From a virus, in the IMG/VR virus record IMGVR_UViG_3300008117_006248, positions 24,691-88,690 of that record: a DNA stretch of 64,000 bases; one strand, written 5' to 3'. Made by a program: the position numbers and the translations under genes. Below are positions 53,401 to 60,018 of the stretch, one piece after another (the first letter of the stretch is position 1; every line of letters starts with the position of its first letter). The notes under the pieces are model-generated. The model saw only the letters and a list, made by a program, of their open reading frames with translations, was not told the DNA's origin and did no database searches.

Positions 53401-56400
53401 GTCAGATTTGTTAGCTGAAACTTTTACTCCAGTTAGTCTTTCAAATTCTGAAGGAAGATCTATGCCTTTAGAGAGAGAAGTTTGAGCGTCTGCATAAGTA
53501 GATCTTGGATATAATGGATGATAAGAGTTTGGAGCGGCAACTATGCCCCCGACATCAGATACCCTTGAAACAACAGAGGAAACAGAATACTTATTTTCTC
53601 CAGAGTATTTTTCTACCATTGGATCATGTAGCCCGGCAGCTCCTTCTCTAAATTTTTTGCCTATAGCTATGGCGCTTAGTCCTTTTTTTGTTAAATATTT
53701 TACTGCCTGATCATAAAGAGCGCCAGTGCCGAGCAAAGACGCACTTGATGGATTTATAGACAAAACAGATTGAACGAAAGAGGGAGGGAAATCTTTTTTA
53801 TTTTTAGATACTAATTGTTGCAAGAAAAATATATTTCTTTTATTCATCCCGCCTTTAGCAGTTCCATATTTATTTATAGCGCTAGATGGAACGTGAGGCG
53901 CGTAATACGCTCTTCCGCCTTGTTTTTTGGCATAATCATGCAAAACTTGCATTGCGTCTACGCCAGCAGATCTTGCTGTAGAAGCATAAGATCTATTAGG
54001 AAATTTTAATCCATATCCAATACCACCACTAATTTGACTAGAAGGATCTAAATTAGCTTTAAGAGAATCATAAGCGCTAGTTAATATTAAATTGGGACCT
54101 TCTCCACCTATTATTAATTTTTCTGGATTAACTTTAGCAAAATTAGGAACATATCCGCCTGCCCTTCCTTCAATGCCAGATAAAGCAGATCTTACTGTCT
54201 CTGGGCTATATTTTTCTTTATGTACGCTATTAGATTTAAAAATAGCAGCCTGCAGACCTGCCGCTCCAGTTTCTATTTGATGTAATTTAGCAAATTCATT
54301 AGCTAGTGATATCAATTTTGCCGCTTCTGTTTTGCTAGGTTTTTTGCCTCCAAGGATTGCTTGGATTACATTTGTATCTATTGGAAAGGCTGTTTTATCT
54401 TGCAATATTGCTCTGGCGTAATGTCTGGTTTTGGCTGTATCATCACTTCCTAAATCAACCCCTCTTAAAGCCTTCGACAAACCATATCTTCTGGCATCAT
54501 CTCTAGTTCTTATATTTCCTTCGGCAGATATTTCGCCTTTTTTGCCGAATAAACCTAAAGACGCTACATTTTTGTGCCTGCTAACTATTTTTGATGGAGC
54601 TAAATCAAAATAATCTTCTACATTAGTAGATTTTGTTTTCATGTACCTGTTGAATATTGGAGCCGCGAATTGAGCAGCTACATAATCAGGCACAGAAGGA
54701 GAAATAGCAGAAGTTATATTAGCGTAAATTTTAGCTTCTTGTGGGGAAAGTTTTTTGCCACTAAATTCTTCGCCATGTATATTATAAAATCCTGCGTAAT
54801 CCTTTCCTTGTTCATAATGCTTTTGAAATCTAGCAAAGATTTCTTTCTTTCCAATTCTTTGGATGATGTCTTTGCGTTTTGCAAAATTAGGGATTCTACC
54901 TCCAGCAAAATTTGTTACAATGTCACTAATGCCAAAAGATCCATCTATAATGCTATTTCTTAAAAGTTTTGCATCTCCTTTAAATTTTTGAGACGCTAAG
55001 CCAGCAACTATAGAAAAAATATTTTTACCACTTACTTTACTATTATCATAAGTTAAACCATCATCAATATTTACTGACAATGCGGTATTTTTAGCTGAAC
55101 CTTTTTGTCTATGTATTAATTGAGGAAAGGCGACCTTTAAAACTTGTTCTATGCCATACTTTCCTGATCTAGCTAATGAAGCATCTGTTATATCGTAAAC
55201 ATCATTCGCTTGGGAAGACAAAGACGCGCTTCTTACCGGCAAGCCCATTCTTTTAGCTGTCTTGCCAAGTCTTTCGAACATTTGCCAACCCTGACCTTTG
55301 GCTTCGCTTTTAGAAAAAGTTAAGTCTATAGCTTTTTTATCATTAGATAATTTATATCTAAGATAACTGTAAGTCTCTGGATCTACAAATCTTCTATCTC
55401 CAGAAACAAAAGATTTTGTAGAAGAAAAAGCAAAATTAGGAACATAACCTCCAGCATAAAGAAAATCTTCTTTTTTACCATACTGTGCGTCTTTAACAAA
55501 AACAGTATTTCCAATTTGAATAGCCTTAGAACCGCCTACGACTGGTTTTTTTGTTTTTCTGTCGTAGTAATATGAATGTCTATCAGGATTAAAGCCTACT
55601 TGAGTCCAGCTACTTAGATCTTTCGGTAAAGATTGATTTTCGGATAGAGTCCCTGAAATTTTTAACAATGGACTTTTATTTGCTCCAGCACCTATGGCTA
55701 AAGAAGCTTTTTCCAAAGCAGTAGATTTATTCATCACTGGATTATCAAAAGCTACAAATGAATCGTAGGACTTAAACCCTTCTGGGCCTAGAGTCTTGAC
55801 TACTCCTACGCCTTTTCTAGTCATAGAAGGAACATCTTGACGCACACTTATGCTGCTTCCAGCAGGAAGTTCTGATAATTTTCCTACTCTTTTAGCTTGC
55901 TCTTTATCTAAAGCATTTCTAATCAAAGATTTCGAAGGTAAATTTTTTATAGAAGAAGGCGCGACTACTTCTCTTATTGGTATATCTCTTTCTATTAAAG
56001 CTTCCAACAAGTCTCTATCTATATTTTCTCCAGATTGAAGTTTTTGCAGCATCCCTCTGACCTCTGGCGAATACATGCGGCCAGCTTTAATTGCAGCTTT
56101 GCTCTCTGGGTATTTTGCAAGAAATTCTTTTGGCATTTTATTGGTCTTGGACCAAGAAAAATTAGGAACGTATCCAGAACTCATTCTGGGGATATCTTGC
56201 ATTTTTCTATATTTAGGAATTATCGCGGTGTCTCCTGTGCCAGCAAAGTTAGGAATAATATCCTCTTCGCTATTGACCATTACTGGCTGAGTCTTGCCTT
56301 TAATTGTCGCTTGTATTAATTTAGCTTTTGGATTTTTAGCTCCATAAGCCTTGGCCATAGCGACCTCTTCTTGAGCTCCGCCAAATGTCGGGACATATCC

Positions 56401-58023
56401 AGAAGCTCTTACTCTGCTTGGGCCGCCTCTAGCAACAACTGTAGGAATTATTCTAGCCCTTAAAGCTTCTTGTGTTTTTAGTTGTTTATTTTGCTCTCTT
56501 AAAGTTTGCAATACTGCTTGCTCCGCTGCGGCCAATGAAATAGTTCCCTTTTGCACAAGAGCAACCAATTTAGGACTTTGTGATAAAATATCATTAACAG
56601 CTTTTTGTGAAGCTAATGATTTTTCTCCAGCGAATACTTCATCAAAATTTTTGCTTACATCTTTTATAGAACTAACTCCGAATTTAACCATCTTAGCTAA
56701 CAAAGTGCCTCCGATTCCCACTAGAAGAGGGATGCTACCAGTCGCTATAGTTTTTCCAAGGGCAGAGGCAGCCCCTTTAAAAAAAGACTCTCCTACAGAT
56801 TTGCCGCTTTCCTCAGATTTTCCTAAAAGATCACTCGTAGGATTTACTGCTTTTAATAATATTTCAGAAAATGAACTACCGATCCTAACTAGCGGCTCTA
56901 ACAATGGCTTACCTAATGCGGCAGCAGCTTCCTGAGCTTGGTTTTTTGTTTGTTGTAATAAAGCTGATAAGCTCTTATTTAATTCTTCGTTCTTTTTCTT
57001 AGCTTCATCTGTTGCTGCGCTAGAAATTTTTAAAGCACTAGCATAAACGCTATTTGAGCTAGAAAGATCTTTAATTAAAGCGTTAACTTGGTTGATTTGG
57101 TAAATACCACCAATTAATTCTGCTGTTCTTGATTTTTCTATCTGACTTAAATTTTTTGTAGCATCAGCGTAATTCTTAAGCACGGACAAACCATCCAATA
57201 AGAATCCATTTTGATCTTTAATAGCAACACCCAACTGCTCCAACTGGCTAAGAACCTCTGGTCTTTGTAGGCGAGTAAATATTGTCTTTAAAGCGTTACC
57301 AATTACAGCGCCACCACGACCAGTTATTTGTTGAGCGGCTGTAACTGTAGCTATTAGCTTGTCTATGCTGATTCCACTTTCTTCCGCAGAGCTACCTACA
57401 CGGCTAAGAGCCTCGTTCAATTGAGCAGAGCTAACAGCAAATCTTGTATCAACAGCAATTAACTTATTGACAATGTCTGTTGAAGTCAAGGCTTCTTTAT
57501 TGAAGCTATTTATTGCAGTAGTGACACCGTTTACAGCATCTGCATAACTAATTCCAGATATTCTTGCTAGTGTTAAAGCATCTTCTGTTCTTCTTAATAC
57601 TTCATTAGCAGACAAACCTTGTCTTGCAAATTCTTTAGCAGCTTCAGAAGCAGCCTCGAAAGGAACAGCAGCATTTCTTGCTACTTTAAACAATGACTGA
57701 GAAAATCCTTCTAGCTGATCCCTAGATTGTCCTAAAAATGTATTTAATTCTACAAGTTGCTTATCTATTTCTACTGTGGCTCTTGCGCCAGCTCTAATAG
57801 CTTCTGAAACTTTATAAATCGCACCAGCGGTTAATCCGAAGGCTGTAACGCGGGCTGTAGCAGCTTCCAGAGATTTTCTGAACTCTGTAACATCGCCGCT
57901 TATCCTTCCTAATGGTTGACCAAATTTAACAGAAGACGCTCTTTTACTAATACTATCAAAAGCTACGTCTACCTGCTTTGTGTTTGGTATAAGATTTACA
58001 TTTACGTTTACATTAGCTGGCAT
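47488..58023 (-). CDS. Tail tape measure protein (3511 aa) with multiple inserted cargo domains
   Basis: N-terminal TP901-type TMP domain (EFARQGLSANEVLRRTEDALTLAR, GGAVIGNALKTIFTRLQR), Ala/Gly-rich helical and coiled-coil regions, and canonical position after the tube/chaperone genes. Confidence 0.88.
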   Translation of the reverse strand: MPANVNVNVNLIPNTKQVDVAFDSISKRASSVKFGQPLGRISGDVTEFRKSLEAATARVTAFGLTAGAIYKVSEAIRAGARATVEIDKQLVELNTFLGQSRDQLEGFSQSLFKVARNAAVPFEAASEAAKEFARQGLSANEVLRRTEDALTLARISGISYADAVNGVTTAINSFNKEALTSTDIVNKLIAVDTRFAVSSAQLNEALSRVGSSAEESGISIDKLIATVTAAQQITGRGGAVIGNALKTIFTRLQRPEVLSQLEQLGVAIKDQNGFLLDGLSVLKNYADATKNLSQIEKSRTAELIGGIYQINQVNALIKDLSSSNSVYASALKISSAATDEAKKKNEELNKSLSALLQQTKNQAQEAAAALGKPLLEPLVRIGSSFSEILLKAVNPTSDLLGKSEESGKSVGESFFKGAASALGKTIATGSIPLLVGIGGTLLAKMVKFGVSSIKDVSKNFDEVFAGEKSLASQKAVNDILSQSPKLVALVQKGTISLAAAEQAVLQTLREQNKQLKTQEALRARIIPTVVARGGPSRVRASGYVPTFGGAQEEVAMAKAYGAKNPKAKLIQATIKGKTQPVMVNSEEDIIPNFAGTGDTAIIPKYRKMQDIPRMSSGYVPNFSWSKTNKMPKEFLAKYPESKAAIKAGRMYSPEVRGMLQKLQSGENIDRDLLEALIERDIPIREVVAPSSIKNLPSKSLIRNALDKEQAKRVGKLSELPAGSSISVRQDVPSMTRKGVGVVKTLGPEGFKSYDSFVAFDNPVMNKSTALEKASLAIGAGANKSPLLKISGTLSENQSLPKDLSSWTQVGFNPDRHSYYYDRKTKKPVVGGSKAIQIGNTVFVKDAQYGKKEDFLYAGGYVPNFAFSSTKSFVSGDRRFVDPETYSYLRYKLSNDKKAIDLTFSKSEAKGQGWQMFERLGKTAKRMGLPVRSASLSSQANDVYDITDASLARSGKYGIEQVLKVAFPQLIHRQKGSAKNTALSVNIDDGLTYDNSKVSGKNIFSIVAGLASQKFKGDAKLLRNSIIDGSFGISDIVTNFAGGRIPNFAKRKDIIQRIGKKEIFARFQKHYEQGKDYAGFYNIHGEEFSGKKLSPQEAKIYANITSAISPSVPDYVAAQFAAPIFNRYMKTKSTNVEDYFDLAPSKIVSRHKNVASLGLFGKKGEISAEGNIRTRDDARRYGLSKALRGVDLGSDDTAKTRHYARAILQDKTAFPIDTNVIQAILGGKKPSKTEAAKLISLANEFAKLHQIETGAAGLQAAIFKSNSVHKEKYSPETVRSALSGIEGRAGGYVPNFAKVNPEKLIIGGEGPNLILTSAYDSLKANLDPSSQISGGIGYGLKFPNRSYASTARSAGVDAMQVLHDYAKKQGGRAYYAPHVPSSAINKYGTAKGGMNKRNIFFLQQLVSKNKKDFPPSFVQSVLSINPSSASLLGTGALYDQAVKYLTKKGLSAIAIGKKFREGAAGLHDPMVEKYSGENKYSVSSVVSRVSDVGGIVAAPNSYHPLYPRSTYADAQTSLSKGIDLPSEFERLTGVKVSANKSDPSNTRYQPLASFFPFGMRFEKGDEISKLIGFASGRIPNFAGLSDAIGREKTMSGLPASQIMAHFDRGGNPIAVTNKKDEPNGLKDVVPNFAKIPTALISRFFGKAGGKLANPISGALELFEKQAYASIIDELAEREVIPSAVSKFISQALPASAGVKNIGTAILSKKASTGSRIAAGLTGAAQIYGGVKLGELSGGDLDQRIQSKKFENALDRSKKAFTDLAENTTELSASLSKLDAAYKDPKADPREIVKLVKTREDLIKKISIKNPELISRLAGQTSISDQITVLEENLKKAQTQEAIRTSALEFGRKGKITGEQAPAELSSFFNEIINRANTDIFKTDLSKATTANFGEILKKAGLDVKEFSDQLNTDQLKKAFIEALKVAQGIEKITSAQAKEIARISKPLASRRQAVEDARDIRTEIKKALEQQLPELAELAGTFSRRAGISASSEATLAIKKADAAVSFQNSLLTQLNDKEFLANLSPAVEARLRNIEAPGAGAGRELESLQKLPGLSEAQSKGIQKLIDFNSQQSRDINKATIIAEESKKIQLKFLALQEKIAFGGDIRASLNPQMRAEAMASSIRGPLTYQLGSMIGSRRGQIAGATDFLTDTLQKYPGLLMTKGGKEPSDIQAVKAELTRLNAFDMQKDLFRRAGMAQMMGLGQTANLLRGKAFDQSYLLESAGLKTNALFGSPEIPKDIQKAMGDLEKFNVESVRQAKTEDAALRVLENTISPIKEKLIEISQSQSKALITAFENGLKSTFGTTGIKTTLANITADEVKLSEASNESKVKAAASAYAGMGGLMPTGIPSNANGLTKYSSSIADAVNREKTALASRGIMGVPNFAMANINLERSPDLVTQSNPFGFAVTNSIDEKNGLRSLGMRSSGFVPNYAAFGEKAALRARENAKLGKLYVWDNIDNGFRKVNPNGTVDTSLIDSKSLPRGARTISTELSEGVGKKSILALKDPRVTKLDELSLPGIARSKSIDSILTKLDKQGKLTPKNLLAQIDKISGGKDVLIKTAFGESNVQSKGVYGLGGKLTTADARSIIGKFNRGTGSGFFTQEKVPTYYNELRVHVAVDDKGNIKIIKGGTVLKATGFDPSAGPSIKAYMDAGLSKSEAVKMTRSFRRSAEASAFDSIRALVKSKGIKNAFFGVDVGGTTLQSALDAGVKSREFYSGGRGRVGTIVFEINPSDKTGSTGFMGRGLSEKLVKNIFGQKPLPGGLASGSPAVGINPTGAPALPQSIRPSIGSSAGLSGGLPSGFSQKPSLSSSILNSVKDQFSKAKGLASKVGPALYDQAQNIAGKLGSTGSNLFTGAKGLLGQASAGLMSFGKNAINKGGTALSGLSAAALGAQAVDAFNQGNKVDAAIYGTASLALGTGLVSNLIKSGSQSKGKPLRDPTTGRFVSSKNLPLTFTGALGKLAAGGAGISGALTSGLQARDEFKAGQYGNAAVSATQAGLYGASGLAGILGKGAQGLAGKAFGAAAGIGLARDIVNAKNFELASNWSDVLFGKAEQGGGYLDVLGTALTAAGGPVGAAVATAKIGYRLGNVLGNKLGFEGKANTLGEFIAGAEASAIANNARFGYEKGVSKKEVIEGKASMSDYIRTRRTALEDLNKGQGLSTEGITDRLSKELTEISAARAQKQKEQEEQQRIAATIAQKAKVAKENEQAIKSEEAARNEEQEKFSASLRKTVVRGLTPNEDLSGLKTSRDKALYLLDQEKTFGKFTEKDFEGDKSLFESYRNYSRERDNANKGNKNYLIPEIPKGFSQDVLEEATKTGRSAERVIADREEAAARRGAAIQGMSVPEINSQLSRDYTAATGAQDFPKDVLEEAVRRRITAEQVMQERTSGKVPNFAAMSNSMMSSGDVYSRMRMSAPRMSFPSAAQGSVPNFAIGEFSDAITEAMRNGITSAFPNGASSSSVSNSNVINIDGRTSIQNAPDEAMQGIISILFDKIPELKKLGPAALNFKR
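47722..56409 (-). repeat. Dispersed peptide repeat (A/S)(G/S)G(Y/R/F/K/S)(V/I)PN(F/Y)A within the TMP, about 12 copies including degenerate ones
   Basis: Copies at about 56382-56409, 56240-56260, 56155-56184, 55429-55458, 54880-54909, 54136-54165, 53281-53310, 53128-53148, 50869-50886, 50725-50751, 47833-47859 and 47722-47748. Confidence 0.9.
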
Positions 58024-58043
58024 AACCTGTTTCCTTCAGTAGA

Positions 58044-58049
58044 TTACAC
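58044..58049 (-). promoter_or_regulatory. GTGTAA candidate late-promoter element upstream of the TMP gene
   Basis: The minus strand reads AGTGTAATCTACTGAAGGAAACAGGTTATG. Confidence 0.4.
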
Positions 58050-58546
58050 TATAATCCGTGCATTTCGATAAAATCTTGTTTTGTGAGCTTACCACCTTTT
58101 TTCGCGGCCAACTCGTTGAGTGTCACAGCTTTACCGCCCACCATTTTTTCTAGCTCTTCTCTTGTTGCTCCAGTATAGCCTACACCACTCGACTGGCTTC
58201 CCGCAGTTGGCATAGAAGCAGAGTTTTCTACCGACTCATACCATTCTATCATTTTGTCTGGATCAGAAACTACGTCAGATGGAGGATTTGTTTGGGCTTG
58301 ATTTTCCATCAAAGACTTAAAGTACTTTGCCTGAGAGAATAGATTTACCTGTAATATAGTTAAATCTTTCACATGTTTGCCAAAAAAATTTAAAGGACTA
58401 TTTTCGCATAAATTAAAAAGACTCATGAAAAATGAACAAGCGCAAATTCTCTTTATTTTATCGTGAGCGAACTTTTGGTAAAAACGCGTTAAAATAAGAA
58501 CAAGATTATCTAACTCTCTATCCGATAATAAATCAAATTCTTCCTC
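58049..58546 (-). CDS. Downstream half of a frameshifted or split putative tail assembly chaperone
   Basis: The frame is open for 40 codons upstream of the ATG at 58426 (EEEFDLLSDRELDNLV...) and overlaps the end of 58533-58922 in the +1 frame. Confidence 0.55.
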   Translation of the reverse strand, partial: EEEFDLLSDRELDNLVLILTRFYQKFAHDKIKRICACSFFMSLFNLCENSPLNFFGKHVKDLTILQVNLFSQAKYFKSLMENQAQTNPPSDVVSDPDKMIEWYESVENSASMPTAGSQSSGVGYTGATREELEKMVGGKAVTLNELAAKKGGKLTKQDFIEMHGL

Positions 58547-58922
58547 TTAATTCAGAGAGTTGCTTTGTATAGTTTTTTATTTTGCTTTTTGCGTCGTTAA
58601 TTTGTTTTTTTATGATAAGATTTTTCAGTAACATTTCTGTATCTGAAATTTGACGCTCTAAGTTTTGTATTTCTTTTTCTTTTTCATTAGACCATAGTTG
58701 ATTTCTTATTAAAAAAGTAAGTTTCTCTTCTTTAGACTCTAGTCCTTTATCTGTTGCTTCTTGGCTAAATTTTCTTCTATATTTATCTAGATCTCCGTTC
58801 TCTAGCTCAGTGAAGTGTTTAATAAAAATAGGCTTTCCTAAGTATTCATCCTCAGAAAAGCCTACAGCTATCTCTTTGTACAAGCCTTTGTAAAAGCTTA
58901 TTTTTTCATAAAGATCGCTCAC
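58533..58922 (-). CDS. Upstream half of a putative tail assembly chaperone
   Basis: 129-aa helical ORF between the tube and TMP genes; ends AGA GGA AGA ATT TGA. Confidence 0.6.
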   Translation of the reverse strand: MSDLYEKISFYKGLYKEIAVGFSEDEYLGKPIFIKHFTELENGDLDKYRRKFSQEATDKGLESKEEKLTFLIRNQLWSNEKEKEIQNLERQISDTEMLLKNLIIKKQINDAKSKIKNYTKQLSELRGRI

Positions 58923-58928
58923 GCTATG

Positions 58929-59642
58929 TTAACCGACCAACTCTTCTTTTGGCACGCCAGAGTTGAGCTGTCCAATAAGGAAACCACCCTTTTCGACTAC
59001 TCCGCTCAAGAACTCGTCCCCAGAATCTTCTATCTGATTTAATCTTTCGAGTTTTTGCTCGAATGAACCTTCTCCAAATAAACAAGTCTGAGACCCTTCC
59101 TCGCCCTGATAAAGAAGATTTAATACAAACCATACATTCAAGAAATCAGAAGCTCTCTTTTCTGCTGTATTATCAAACAAAGAATTTTGTACGTTTTCAT
59201 AGTCAAAAATCTTTTGGCGCAGCACTTGATATTCTGAATTCAGAGCGGCATTCTTTAATTCTTTTTCTGCGTCACTTAAACTCGAATCTTGGCGAACCTT
59301 TTCTAGTTCAATTTCAATTGCTATTGCCTTAGAATAATTTTCCGTGTGCGCCTTCTTTTCTTCTTCAGACGGCAACACACCATCTTGCTGGAACTTACGC
59401 AAAAGGTAATTTCTAGTAACAAGACCCATCTTTATGCCTTCGGAAACCTTAACTGAATAAAATACGCTCGCCTCGTCTTGGATCTTTCTATTTGGCCTCA
59501 GAATATAAAACTTGTGCGGGACTTTCTTTTCCACCTCTTTGGTGATCTGTATTTCTTCGCCAGCAGCGTTTACTTCTGCTGTCGTTTCTTTTACCTTTTG
59601 AGTTTTTTCGACTTCAAAACTATGTAGCCATTTTTCTTTCAT
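58929..59642 (-). CDS. Hypothetical protein, possible tail assembly chaperone
   Basis: 237-aa charged helical ORF between the tail tube and TMP genes. Confidence 0.55.
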   Translation of the reverse strand: MKEKWLHSFEVEKTQKVKETTAEVNAAGEEIQITKEVEKKVPHKFYILRPNRKIQDEASVFYSVKVSEGIKMGLVTRNYLLRKFQQDGVLPSEEEKKAHTENYSKAIAIEIELEKVRQDSSLSDAEKELKNAALNSEYQVLRQKIFDYENVQNSLFDNTAEKRASDFLNVWFVLNLLYQGEEGSQTCLFGEGSFEQKLERLNQIEDSGDEFLSGVVEKGGFLIGQLNSGVPKEELVG

Positions 59643-59645
59643 ATT

Positions 59646-59927
59646 TTATTTTAAGGAAATGTTTATAGACTTAAAGCTGGTATCAATGTTTCTAATTGCA
59701 TCGTTCCCAGCGTCCAAGATCTTTTTTCTTATGTAATTATATTTATCATTATCGAAATAATCAACATTTTTAGCAAAATCCTCGGAAGAGTTTTCGGCTA
59801 TTTTTTTTAATAGTATTTCATGATCTTGCTTCAAATCATCGATAATCTCAAAATACTTCTTATAAAGAGAAATAATATTTCTGCTATATTGGAATTTCAA
59901 ATACTCTTTTAGTTTTTCGTCGTCCAT
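59646..59927 (-). CDS. Hypothetical protein
   Basis: 93-aa ORF with an AAAGGA SD-like sequence and TATAAT just upstream. Confidence 0.65.
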   Translation of the reverse strand: MDDEKLKEYLKFQYSRNIISLYKKYFEIIDDLKQDHEILLKKIAENSSEDFAKNVDYFDNDKYNYIRKKILDAGNDAIRNIDTSFKSINISLK

Positions 59928-59969
59928 AGTCCTTTGCTGTATTATATAGAAATAATAGAAAATATAAAA

Positions 59970-60001
59970 TAAAAAACCCCCGCCGGTTAGGGCGAGGGCT
60001 A
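59970..60001 (-). terminator. Rho-independent terminator after the tail tube gene
   Basis: The minus strand reads AGCCCTCGCC-CTAACC-GGCGGGGGTT followed by a T run, i.e. a GC stem with G-U pairs plus a U-tract, about 18 nt after the stop at 60019. Confidence 0.85.
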
Positions 60002-60018
60002 GTTTTAGAATCTTTTTA

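Noticed and set aside
53281-56184. TMP linker repeats as a diversity-generating retroelement or shufflon
   Set aside because: No reverse transcriptase, TR/VR pair, invertase or inverted repeats were found in the window; the repeats are short, direct and in frame.
47525-59332. Numerous short + strand ORFs within the tail genes, plus 58924-59133 on the - strand
   Set aside because: They are antisense or alternate-frame shadows of long genuine genes, with no motifs or start signals.
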